Virus record (IMG/VR): IMGVR_UViG_3300034691_000007
Location: 1 to 50,564 of that record
Length of the DNA: 50,564 bases
Source of the DNA: a virus
Lineage: Duplodnaviria; Caudoviricetes
Strand: one strand, 5' to 3'
Shown: positions 1 to 9,700 of the stretch, piece after piece
Layout of the letters: every line of letters begins with the position of its first letter
Numbering within the stretch: position 1 is the first letter of the stretch
The notes under the pieces: model-generated
The model's input: the letters and a program-made list of their open reading frames with translations, nothing else
What the model was told of the DNA's origin: nothing
Database searches by the model: none
Made by a program: the position numbers and the translations under genes

Positions 1-127
1 GCTGGGCAAACTAGCTAGTCAGAACCCTGCGTTGGTTCTTGAACTCTTCAATACTTCGGCTCCGAAAGGGCCAACCCCTACCACTTCTAGTGTCAACACT
101 TCTGGCTTCAAGCCGCAAGAACAAGAC
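1..127. repeat. 127-bp terminal overlap with 50438-50564 (circular assembly overlap)
   Basis: Bases 1-127 are identical to 50438-50564. The repeat lies mid-gene, and 127 is a common assembler k-mer length. Confidence 0.95.
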
Positions 128-241
128 GCCCTTAAGCGTCCTGAGAAGTCTCTGCTCTCTGGTGCAACCAGTAAGCAACAGGCTGAGTTCATGCGTCAGA
201 TTAAAGAACGTGTCTACGCTCGAAATGGCATTACTCAATAA
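2..241 (+). CDS. Capsid scaffolding protein, 3' part (continues from 49920 across the circular junction)
   Basis: In frame with the ORF starting at 49920 once the overlap is collapsed (252 aa total). Lies directly upstream of the major capsid gene. Confidence 0.8.
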   Translation: MGKLASQNPALVLELFNTSAPKGPTPTTSSVNTSGFKPQEQDALKRPEKSLLSGATSKQQAEFMRQIKERVYARNGITQ

Positions 242-252
242 GGAAACTGTAA

Positions 253-1197
253 ATGCAAGTCACACAAAACACTCGTGCGTTTATTGAAAGTGAACAGTAC
301 AGCGACTTCATCCTGCTTAACCTGCATGATGGTCTGCTCCCTGAAACTTTCTATCGTAATGTCTCGGACTTCGGTTCTGGCACTACTCTCCACATCAAAA
401 CCATCGGCTCGGTAACTATTCAGGAAGCTGAAGAAGATACCCCACTGGTTTACAACCCAATTGAGACTGGTGAAATCACCATGACCATCACCGAGTACAA
501 AGGTGATGCATGGTATGTTACCGATGACCTGCGTGAAGATGGCACCGACATTGATCGCTTGCTGGCTGAACGTGCTTCGGAATCCACCCGCGCTCTGCAA
601 GAAACCTTTGAGACTTCGTTCCTCGCTGTTGTAGGTAACTACTACGTGACTAACACTGGCCCTAACCTGATCAACGGGTTTGCTCACCAGATCGTCTCCG
701 CTGCAACCAACAACGTCTTCCAGCTCCAAGGCCTGATCCGTATGCGTCTCGCATTCGACAAAGCCAACGTGCCAAGCGAAGGTCGTGTGTTCATCTGTGA
801 CCCAGTTGTAGAAGCCACCCTGAACGGTCTGGTAACTATCACTCACGACGTTACTGCATTCGGCCAAGCCATTCTGGAAGCCGGTCTGTCGCGTGGTCAG
901 AAGTATGTGATGAACCTGTTTGGTTGGAACATCATCGTCTCGAACCGCCTGCCTGTTGCAACTTACAACGATGGTACTACTACTCTCGTTGGTGGTGTTG
1001 CTAACATCTTCATGTGCATTCTGGATGACCAGACCAAGCCAGTGATGGCTGCATGGCGTCGTCTGCCTAAGTCCGAAGGCGAACGTAACAAAGATCGCGC
1101 TCGTGATGAGCACGTAGTTCGTAGCCGTTATGGCTTCGGTATTCAACGTGTTGATACCATGGGTATCTACGTCACTTCCGCAACTAACATTGCCTAA
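253..1197 (+). CDS. Major capsid protein
   Basis: 314 aa with an AAGGA RBS. Follows portal and scaffold. Sequence pattern typical of podovirus HK97-fold capsids (GTTLHIKTIG, RVFICDP, final YGFG strand). Confidence 0.9.
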   Translation: MQVTQNTRAFIESEQYSDFILLNLHDGLLPETFYRNVSDFGSGTTLHIKTIGSVTIQEAEEDTPLVYNPIETGEITMTITEYKGDAWYVTDDLREDGTDIDRLLAERASESTRALQETFETSFLAVVGNYYVTNTGPNLINGFAHQIVSAATNNVFQLQGLIRMRLAFDKANVPSEGRVFICDPVVEATLNGLVTITHDVTAFGQAILEAGLSRGQKYVMNLFGWNIIVSNRLPVATYNDGTTTLVGGVANIFMCILDDQTKPVMAAWRRLPKSEGERNKDRARDEHVVRSRYGFGIQRVDTMGIYVTSATNIA

Positions 1198-1208
1198 GGA
1201 GAAACAAC

Positions 1209-1571
1209 ATGGCTGGTTTTGAAAACTCTGCGGGCCTCAACGTCCGCAACTGGTACGGTCCTCGTAAGACCGGTGGTGTTCGTGGCTTCATTAAAACTGA
1301 AGGCTACCTGAACACTTTTGAGGTTGACCTGACGATCACTGGTATTCCATTCATTCACCCTATCGCCAAAGGTGGTATTTGGGTGACTGGTGTTGATACC
1401 AACTTCGTCACTGGCACCGTTACTGCTCTGACTATCGGCGGTGTTGCAGTGTTTGCTGCAACTGAAGCCGCTCCAGTATTCTTGGCTGCGGCCAACACTG
1501 GCGTAATCGTAGTCACTGGCGGTACTGCTGGTCCGTTGATCATCAAATCTAAAAACGTTGCTGGCGCATAA
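1209..1571 (+). CDS. Putative capsid decoration / minor head protein
   Basis: 120 aa, beta-rich (Gly/Thr/Val), strong AAGGAG RBS, immediately after the capsid gene and before the terminator. Confidence 0.6.
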   Translation: MAGFENSAGLNVRNWYGPRKTGGVRGFIKTEGYLNTFEVDLTITGIPFIHPIAKGGIWVTGVDTNFVTGTVTALTIGGVAVFAATEAAPVFLAAANTGVIVVTGGTAGPLIIKSKNVAGA

Positions 1572-1583
1572 CGGGAGGTTGAT

Positions 1584-1835
1584 ATGGCTAATGCTGTTGA
1601 TGCCCGTCGAGCTTACTTGAAACAAGTTACAGGCAGTTCGCTGACCGCTGTAGCTGATCTTGAAGCTGTGTATGCCCAACAACAAGCTGCTGGTACGGCT
1701 GGCCTCGCCAGCACCACCACAGCAGGCGTAGTTAAGAAAGCAGCTACAGTGGCTAACGCTACTGATGCTGCTACCGTGATTACGCAACTTAACCTCTTGC
1801 TTACTAACCTTCGCGCCGCTGGTGTGATTGTTTAA
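1584..1835 (+). CDS. Head fibre-like protein
   Basis: 83 aa with the C-terminal motif AGVVKKAATVA...QLNLLLTNLRAAGVI typical of phage head-fibre proteins. GGGAGG RBS. Confidence 0.7.
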   Translation: MANAVDARRAYLKQVTGSSLTAVADLEAVYAQQQAAGTAGLASTTTAGVVKKAATVANATDAATVITQLNLLLTNLRAAGVIV

Positions 1836-1847
1836 GTAGGATGGTAG

Positions 1848-1878
1848 AGGGCTGCCCTAAAAAAGCAGCCCTTTTTTA
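1848..1878 (+). terminator. Rho-independent terminator after the capsid operon
   Basis: AGGGCTGC-loop-GCAGCCCT followed by TTTTT. Confidence 0.85.
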
Positions 1879-1890
1879 TTGGAGAAATTC

Positions 1891-2511
1891 ATGGAACACG
1901 CAATCATCCCTGATGCACAAAGGCATGAAGCCAAGGGAGCCTCCACAGCGTCGGCTAATCAAGTTCTTAAGGCCGTAGGTGATGGCACTACCTCTTTTGG
2001 TAGTGTGGCCTACTCAGAGCTGACAGGTGCCCCTACGGTTGCAGGCTACAAGCAAATCTTTACAGCAGGCTCTACAGCAGCTAGCCAACTACCCACAACT
2101 CTCGGCACTGCCGTTAACGTGGAGTTTGGTGCAGCACAGTCCTATGCCAACGCAACTCTGTCTGTTGGTGGCACTATTACTTTTGTGAATGCTGGCGACT
2201 ACCTAGTCAATGCAGTGTTCAATGTTGGCAAGACCAACCTAGCAGGTGACTCGGTTCTGTTGATCCGTCCAGTCCTTGGTGGTACAGCAGGTTTGCCTAA
2301 GGTATTCAAACTCACAGCAACGAATGCAACTATCTCTCAAGATGTTACGTTCGCGTACACAGCAGCAGCAGGCGCTACCCTACGTTTTGAAATGGTACGG
2401 GACAGCCTTGGTGTAAACGATGGTGGCCTCTATGGTATTACTCCAGCCACTTCTGGTTGGGTACTCTCTCCATCAGCAGCCATTACCGTTAGCCGGTACG
2501 GGAGCGCATAA
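1891..2511 (+). CDS. Virion structural protein
   Basis: ATG 1891 after GGAG. N-terminal HEAKG motif and beta-rich C-terminal domain, within the structural module. Confidence 0.65.
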   Translation: MEHAIIPDAQRHEAKGASTASANQVLKAVGDGTTSFGSVAYSELTGAPTVAGYKQIFTAGSTAASQLPTTLGTAVNVEFGAAQSYANATLSVGGTITFVNAGDYLVNAVFNVGKTNLAGDSVLLIRPVLGGTAGLPKVFKLTATNATISQDVTFAYTAAAGATLRFEMVRDSLGVNDGGLYGITPATSGWVLSPSAAITVSRYGSA

Positions 2512-2513
2512 TA

Positions 2514-3305
2514 ATGAAGATGACTCTGCTCGAAATCGTGCAGGACATTCTGTCTGACATGGACAGTGACGAGGTAAACAGTATCTCTGATACTGCGGAG
2601 TCTGAACAAGTAGCACAGATTGTTAAGTCAACCTTCTACGCTCAGATGAACACCCGCAACTGGCCGCACACCCGAAAGCTCATTGCTCTCGAAGCGTCAG
2701 GCAACATTGCACTGCCAACACATACTAAGCTGGCTGATGCAGTTAAGGAACTGATTAGCGTCAGTTACAACTGTGCCAAGCTTGGTGACACTAAGCGGTC
2801 TTACAAGAACATCAAGTACCTCGATCCTGATGACTTCTTGCGTATGACCAACCGTCGCAATAGTGACGAAGCAAACATTGATATCATTGTAGACCCTACA
2901 GGTATTGAGCTGCTCATTCGTAATGACCAAGCTCCTACATACCTGACCAGCTTCGATGATGTCACCATTGTCTTTGACTCTTACGATGCGGCTGTAGATG
3001 ACACCATCCAGAACAGTAAAGTTCAGGCGATGGGTTATGTAATCCCTACTTGGGAAACCAGTGATGACTTCATCCCTGATATGCCTGATGAGGGGTTCAC
3101 GGTTCTGCTTGAAGAAGCTAAGAGTCGTGCATCATTCAAACTTAAACAAACAGCAGATCAGAAGGCTGAGCAGGAAGCTGGTAGACAAAACCGGTGGCTC
3201 TCTCGTAAAGCTTGGCGGGTAGCTGGTGGTGTTAAGTATCCTGACTATGGTCGGCGTGGCGCTAATCGCTATCGTGACCCAACCTTCCGAGATTATAACA
3301 GATGA
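2514..3305 (+). CDS. Tail tubular protein A / head-tail adaptor (T7 gp11-like)
   Basis: N-terminus MTLLEIVQDILSDMDSDEVNSI is typical of podovirus adaptors. Position and size fit. Confidence 0.75.
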   Translation: MKMTLLEIVQDILSDMDSDEVNSISDTAESEQVAQIVKSTFYAQMNTRNWPHTRKLIALEASGNIALPTHTKLADAVKELISVSYNCAKLGDTKRSYKNIKYLDPDDFLRMTNRRNSDEANIDIIVDPTGIELLIRNDQAPTYLTSFDDVTIVFDSYDAAVDDTIQNSKVQAMGYVIPTWETSDDFIPDMPDEGFTVLLEEAKSRASFKLKQTADQKAEQEAGRQNRWLSRKAWRVAGGVKYPDYGRRGANRYRDPTFRDYNR

Positions 3306-3496
3306 AAACTTCAGTAGAATATCGCGGCTATGCCATTGAGAATGATGGTACATACGGCCAGAAACTAATCAAGCCGGTTGGTAAAGGTTCGGTACACTTA
3401 TCCCTTCGCGGCAGTTATACAACTGTAGCCTTCGCCCAGCGAGCTATTGATGTGTACCTTATCACGAAGGTAGAAGCTAATGGCAAGACAGACTAG
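3302..3496 (+). CDS. Hypothetical protein (64 aa)
   Basis: Start overlaps the upstream stop (ATGA-type coupling); fills the gap between the tail genes. Confidence 0.7.
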   Translation: MKTSVEYRGYAIENDGTYGQKLIKPVGKGSVHLSLRGSYTTVAFAQRAIDVYLITKVEANGKTD

Positions 3497-5801
3497 TCTA
3501 GTTGAGGTCAACAAGTTTGTGGCTGGTCTCATCACTGAGGCCACTCCACTTAACTTTCCAGATAACGCCTCTATTGATGAAGACAACTTTGTCCTGAACA
3601 CCGATGGCTCTCGTGAGCGTCGGTTAGGGATGGACTACGAAGATGACTTCATTGAAGTGGCTACAACTGTTGCACCTCCAGACACTGGCGACGTTGGTGT
3701 CTCTAGCGCACGCTGGCGTAATGCTGGCGGTGACGCTGCCAAGAACCTCATCGCTGTACAGATTGGTAACGAGCTTCGCATCTTTGACATGGACGTTACT
3801 CCACTGTCAGCAGGTGTGCTGTACACCAAGACCTACACTGATGTAAGTTTGCAAGCTGTGTTCTCCTACGCTGTAGTAGATGGGCAGATGACGGTAGCTA
3901 CTGGCCTCCGTGAAATCTCCACCTTTACGTACACGAACGGAGTTGTGACTGAACTCACAGGCAGTCTGCTTATTCGTGACCTCTTTGGTGTTGAAGACAT
4001 CATTGCTGGTAAGGACATTCGTTCAGGCTCTGGTATCTCTATCAGACCAACCACCTTACCAGACACCCACTTGTACAATCTGCGTAACCAGACTTGGGGC
4101 CTGCCCCGTCTTAACTACTATGTAGGCACGCCAGTACAAGACCCAATCACAGTCTTCTTCAGCTACAAGACTCAGAACGTCTACCCGTCTAACTCGGATA
4201 GCGTTATTGATGCATTGTTCGCTAACACCACCTACACCGCTGACCCAGCTTCATTGATGTTCAACCCCAACAGCCTTATCTCCAACCCAGTTGGTAGTTT
4301 CTCGGCTCCACAGGGGTTCTTCATCATTGATGCAATGCGTCGTGGTTCTAGCCGCTTTGATGAGTACGCGCAAGTACGTGCCAATAATCCAGCCCTTAAC
4401 TACCCCTTAACCTCTTTGCCTGCTGATACTACTCCCGGTGGCCCTACGGTCTTGTGTGAGTACAGTGGTCGTGTGTGGTACAGTGGGTTTAGTGGCCAGA
4501 TCATTGATGGTGACGCTAACTCTCCACGGATGGCATCTTACGTTTTGTTCAGCCAACTCATCCAAGACCCTTCGGATGTTTATAGTTGCTACCAAGATGG
4601 GGACCCCACTTCTGAATCTGCACCAGACTTGCTCGACAACGATGGTGGCTTCATTCGTCTTGAGGGTGCTTATGGCATCTGTGGCATGGTTAACGTCGGT
4701 AAAGCAATCATGGTTATTGCAGCCAATGGCGTGTGGCAAATTACTGGTGGTAGTGACTATGGCTTCAAGGCTACGAACTACCTCGTCAATAAGCTGACCA
4801 ACCACGGCTCTACTTCTCCCGGCTCGATTGTTGTTGTTGACAACACCTTCATGTACTGGGGAGACGATGGCATCTACAACGTAGCACCGAATCAGTTTGG
4901 TGACTACAACGCAGAGAACATTGCTAAGAAGACAATCCAGACCTACTACGACGGTATCAACGCTTTGGACAAGGTTGCCTGTAAGGGCATCTACGATTCC
5001 TATGAGCGTAAGATTCGTTGGGTGTATAGCAACAGGCTGACGTCTGGTGCCAATGCCAAAGAGTTGGTTCTGGATATTGCATTGTCTGCATTCTACCCCT
5101 CCACACTCAGTTCGTTTGACACGTCATACTTGCCATTGCTAACTAGCGGAGTGCAAGTGCCAGCGTTTACTCTGACCTCGGTCAATGATAACGTGACAGC
5201 AAACCTTTCACCCGTCACAGTTGATGGCGTGAATGTGACAGTAGAGGTAGTTACACAGAAGCCAACAACTAAAGAAACCACCTACATCATCATCACTGAA
5301 GTAAGCCCATACATCAAGTTCACCTTTGGTAACTACCAGAACTCGAACTTCAGGGACTGGGTTAAGAAGGATAGTGTTGGGATTGATGCTGAAGCGTACA
5401 TCTTAACTGGCTGGATGGCTGGTGCAGATGCTCAACGCATTAAGCAAGTACCGTACATCACCTTCCACTTCTTGAAGACTGAGGATGGTTTTGAAGTTGA
5501 CACTAACGGAGATTTTATTCCAACCAACCAGTCGTCTTGTCTTGTACAAGCGCAGTGGGATTGGTCTAACTCTGCAACGTCTGGTCGGTGGGGTAAGCAG
5601 TTTCAAGCTTACAGATTCAAACGGCATTATATGGTTAGTGACATTACTGACCCATATAACAATGGTTACTATACGGTCGATACCAAGAACAAATTGCGTG
5701 GCAAGGGCAAGGTGCTTAGTCTATTGATGAACACTGAACCGGGCAAGAACTGCAAGCTCTTGGGTTGGTCTATGATCTTGGAAGTCAATCAGAATGTATG
5801 A
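3480..5801 (+). CDS. Tail tubular protein B / nozzle (T7 gp12-like)
   Basis: 773 aa, beta-propeller-like. N-terminal F.AGL.TE...N..L..DGS..RR.G pattern. Confidence 0.8.
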   Translation: MARQTSLVEVNKFVAGLITEATPLNFPDNASIDEDNFVLNTDGSRERRLGMDYEDDFIEVATTVAPPDTGDVGVSSARWRNAGGDAAKNLIAVQIGNELRIFDMDVTPLSAGVLYTKTYTDVSLQAVFSYAVVDGQMTVATGLREISTFTYTNGVVTELTGSLLIRDLFGVEDIIAGKDIRSGSGISIRPTTLPDTHLYNLRNQTWGLPRLNYYVGTPVQDPITVFFSYKTQNVYPSNSDSVIDALFANTTYTADPASLMFNPNSLISNPVGSFSAPQGFFIIDAMRRGSSRFDEYAQVRANNPALNYPLTSLPADTTPGGPTVLCEYSGRVWYSGFSGQIIDGDANSPRMASYVLFSQLIQDPSDVYSCYQDGDPTSESAPDLLDNDGGFIRLEGAYGICGMVNVGKAIMVIAANGVWQITGGSDYGFKATNYLVNKLTNHGSTSPGSIVVVDNTFMYWGDDGIYNVAPNQFGDYNAENIAKKTIQTYYDGINALDKVACKGIYDSYERKIRWVYSNRLTSGANAKELVLDIALSAFYPSTLSSFDTSYLPLLTSGVQVPAFTLTSVNDNVTANLSPVTVDGVNVTVEVVTQKPTTKETTYIIITEVSPYIKFTFGNYQNSNFRDWVKKDSVGIDAEAYILTGWMAGADAQRIKQVPYITFHFLKTEDGFEVDTNGDFIPTNQSSCLVQAQWDWSNSATSGRWGKQFQAYRFKRHYMVSDITDPYNNGYYTVDTKNKLRGKGKVLSLLMNTEPGKNCKLLGWSMILEVNQNV

Positions 5802-6237
5802 ATTCGCTGAAGAAACCTCTCTCGAAACACTTGAAGAATGCTACAAGTTATGTGCGGACCACTTCGATGAAGTTGGAATGGAAGGTACGTTCAATATTGA
5901 TTGGGGCGTTCTTCAGACGTTTCTACAAGCTGGCATACTTGCAATAACCATTGCCAGAGTTGAAGGTGAGATTGTTGCTTACTACATGAACATTCTCACC
6001 AACGACTTTATGACCAAGTTACTGACTTCAAAAGAAATGGCAATCTATGTCTCCCCTAAGTATCGGGGAGGCAGATTGTTCATGAAGCTGTGTGACTGGA
6101 ACGAAGAATTACTCGTATCGAAGGGCGTGGTTATTAACTACATGACCTTCATGCACGGACACAATGATAAGCTCCCCCTAAGATTGGGGTATGAGCCACT
6201 TGAGATTACCTATAAGAAGGTAATAGGAGAAAAGTAA
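5794..6237 (+). CDS. GNAT-fold protein (acetyltransferase-like, T7 gp13 position)
   Basis: IYVSPKYRGG acetyl-CoA motif A and RLGYEP motif. Lies between the nozzle and ejection-protein genes. Confidence 0.75.
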   Translation: MYEFAEETSLETLEECYKLCADHFDEVGMEGTFNIDWGVLQTFLQAGILAITIARVEGEIVAYYMNILTNDFMTKLLTSKEMAIYVSPKYRGGRLFMKLCDWNEELLVSKGVVINYMTFMHGHNDKLPLRLGYEPLEITYKKVIGEK

Positions 6238-6752
6238 TGGCAGCAGTATCGTCCGTCATTGCAGCAGCAGCCGTAGTAGTAGCAGCAGGCTCTGCCTATG
6301 CTTCGCACCAACAGGCTTCCGCTGCTGCCGATGATCAGAAGGATGCGCAACAGACAGCACAGAATGAGCAACGTGCTCAGGCTGAGTCACAGCGTCGTCA
6401 ACAAATTCGAGAAGAACGTGTTAAGCGTGCCTCTGTTATCCAAGCCTCTCAGAACTCTGGTGTTACAGGCTCCTCTGGTGAGCTTGGCAGCCTTTCCGTT
6501 CTTGGGGTTAACCAAGGCATTAGCTCTAGCAACATCGACCGCTCAGAGGCTTCTGGAGCTGCTATCACAGCAAGCAACCAGAGTGCAGCGGATCATCAGT
6601 TGTCAGCAAGTAATATCAGTGCTGTTGGTAGTGTGGCTGGTAGCATCTTCGGAGCTGCTGCTCCATACGCTGCTAAGAGCCTATTCGGGAACACAGTCCC
6701 AGCCGCAGATGTAGGCAAGACTAACCCGTCCAACAACCTATTCAAAGGATAG
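6237..6752 (+). CDS. Internal virion (ejection) protein
   Basis: Hydrophobic Ala-rich N-terminus, Gln-rich coil and SGVTGSS motif. T7 gp14-like position. Confidence 0.7.
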   Translation: MAAVSSVIAAAAVVVAAGSAYASHQQASAAADDQKDAQQTAQNEQRAQAESQRRQQIREERVKRASVIQASQNSGVTGSSGELGSLSVLGVNQGISSSNIDRSEASGAAITASNQSAADHQLSASNISAVGSVAGSIFGAAAPYAAKSLFGNTVPAADVGKTNPSNNLFKG

Positions 6753-6755
6753 TAA

Positions 6756-9700
6756 ATGGCTAGCTTAGACCAATTCAACCCAGCGCCTGTCTCGTCCATT
6801 GACGACTTCAAGGTCGATGCAAACACGACTGCACCAGTTAGCAACCGGCCTTCTAACGTCAACTTAGCGGCTCACGCGGCTGCAATGACCAATGACCCAA
6901 AGAACGTAGTGGATGCTTTTACAGCGTCTAACGCGGAGCTGGACATGACTGGGAAGTCTCAGACTGCCCAAGACTTGGTTGGGGCTAGCCGTGATGCTGC
7001 TATGGGCGCTAATAAGGCAGCTCTGGTTTCTTATCTGGCTGACCCAAACGTCAGTGACGTAGATAAGCAACGGGCTGCTGCTGGTGTGTATGACCAGACT
7101 AACGCAATCTATAGCACCAGCAACGTACTGTCCAACATGGCACTCTCGGCCCCAGCAGGCACTAAAGAGCCTGTAGAGACTGAGACAGCTCGTATCAGTA
7201 TGGCTGATGCCATCAACGAAGTGAATGATGTTAAGCGTCAGAAGCAAGCCCTCCTGAACCAAGAAGTGGCTAAGGCTGACCCTGACATGGGCAAGGCTCT
7301 GGCTGGTTTCCTCGAAACCCTGACTCCGGGCCTGCCTGAGAAACATGTAGGCTCCATTGCCAACGGTCTGATGAACGGTGAAGGTCATGCTTATGCAGCC
7401 GCTGCTGTCCTCATGGGCCAAAGCCAAGCTGCTATCAACAACACTATCTTGCAAGCTCCTCCTGAGAAACGGATGGAAATGATCAAGAAGGTTGTTGACA
7501 TGGTTAACCAGCAAGCCTCTATTGCCCTTCCGGGTGATAATGACTACGCTCGTGTAGACCAACTGCGTAAGGTTCTGGAAGATGGCTACTACACTGACTT
7601 CTCTCAAGTAGCTGACAACATCACTTCTGTTCTGGACATGACTGTCCTTGGTGGTGTAGCTGCTCGTGCAGCCCGTGGCGCTGGTAATATTGCTGAAGGT
7701 GTGTTGACTGGTGGTCGTCTTGAACGTACTGCTGCTAGCAACTTTGAGCGTGATGCTGTCCGTACTCGTGTACAGCCAACCACTGTTAGCCAGAACTACA
7801 AAGACACAAACCCTCAATTGGCAACAGCAGCTCACGAAGCAGCCGCTGCCGATAACACTGAGCAGGCCGCACAGGCTCTCTATGGCACCTCTCGGACTGA
7901 TGCAGTCGGTAGTGACATTCTCCCACAGGTAGCTAAGAAAGATGGCTCTGTGGACAACAAGGTAGGCCGTCCAGAACGCATCAATGATGGTGCCAACACT
8001 CCCAATCCAGAAGTAATGGACTTCGTTAATCACGATGGTGCCATCTACTACTGGCAGGGCGAGAAACGTGACATGCGCTCCCGCGTAGTGAACAACTTCG
8101 AGCAAGCCAAAGGCATGAACGCTCGTAAAGAAATGTTCCAAGTGGATGCGCTTGCTGACGGTGTTGGTGTCAAGGCAGTATACGGTCCTCCTCAGGGCGG
8201 CTTCGGTTCTGCTCAGGAAGCCATGGACATTGCCAAGTGGTCTCTCCGTGACTCGGGTATTGATGAGTCTGCTATTACCATCCTAAAGCGTGAAGGCTCA
8301 GACTACGTACCAAGCACTGTTGAGGAAATGAACGCTCTGCGTAAGCCTCAGACTTTGCTTGATACTAAGGTGCCTCTGCGTGATGCAGGTGAACCAGTTC
8401 AAGCCAGCCGTCCTTTCATTAAGGATGTGACTGGTGACACTCGTTATCTGAAAGATGATGACAAGTTAATCTTTGTAAGTCCAGAAGCCGCTGCAACCCT
8501 TAAGAAATCTGTAGGTACTAGCCGTCGTGGCATTGTCTTCGACGACCGGACTGGGCAGGCTCTGGTTGAACGCGGCACTGGCAGCCCTGACCCAGCCTCG
8601 TTGGTACAGGCATCCAAGACTCCTAAAGAGGGTCTGGTGCCAGTAGACGTGTCTGGACCTAAGCCCAAGTTTGGCAATGCAATTGCTGAGATTGGCAACC
8701 ACCCAACTACTTCCATCACCTCTAGCGTAAAAGTTACTAAGGCCACTGTACCAGACTTCTTGGTACAAGTAGACCACACTTACAAGTTCTCTCCGGGGGA
8801 TGTTGCTCAGTGGGCCGAGGCTGATGTCAAGTATAACATCTTCGACCGTATCGACGCTTTCAACGGCTCGGGTAATGCAGGCTCTCTGCAACGCCATATC
8901 CTTGATGCACACTCCATGCTGCACCCCAACATTACTTTGGGTGCTAACGTGGCTGTGGACAAGGCTGCGGGTCTTGAGAAGGAGCTGTTGAAGGTTGGTG
9001 ACAACTTTGCTGCTGGTTTCAAAGCCTTGCCTAAAGATCGTCAGAACTTCTTGAACTCAATCATCAAGGACGCTAACGAACAAGGTATTGACTTCAACTA
9101 CAACAAGTTGGTAGCTGATGGTGTTACTGGTAAGGAAATGCAAGTCCTTAAAGACTGGCGTGAATACTGGGACACTGTGTACCACCTTGAGAACCGTGAC
9201 TTGGCTAAGAGCCTTCGTGCTCAGAACTACCACGAGTTCGTAGATGAAACCCAAGGTGGCACTCGTCTGTTTGCTAAGCCTGTCTCGCGTAACCAAGTTA
9301 GTGGCGACATTAAAATCTACGATCATAACACGGACAAGATTCGTACTATGAGAGCAGATGAAGTTGCTGACCTGTACGCCAAGGATGGGACCATTGCTCG
9401 TCTCCGCCAGCCTATCCGGGCTGAGGATGATGCAGCCGAGTACATTGCATCTGTACAGGCTCCGGGCAAGAACTACCTGCGTGCTCTCAACGATAATACT
9501 CAAGTGCTTAACTACCGGAAAGGCTACTACAGCGTCCACTACAAAGACCCACACTTCATTGTGAAGGTAGAGAAGAACTCTCGTGGCGAAACTTTGTTTG
9601 AACGTGCAGTAGCGACTGCTGGTAATGCCAAGGACGCAGACCTGATGGTCAAGCGAATGGAAGCCACTGATGGTGGCACTTACTATCGTCGTGGGGATCA

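Noticed and set aside
1209-1835. Stop-codon read-through fusing the decoration and head-fibre genes (in frame, TAA-CGG-GAG-GTT-GAT-ATG)
   Set aside because: Being in frame has a one-in-three chance, TAA is rarely leaky, and the second gene has its own strong SD.
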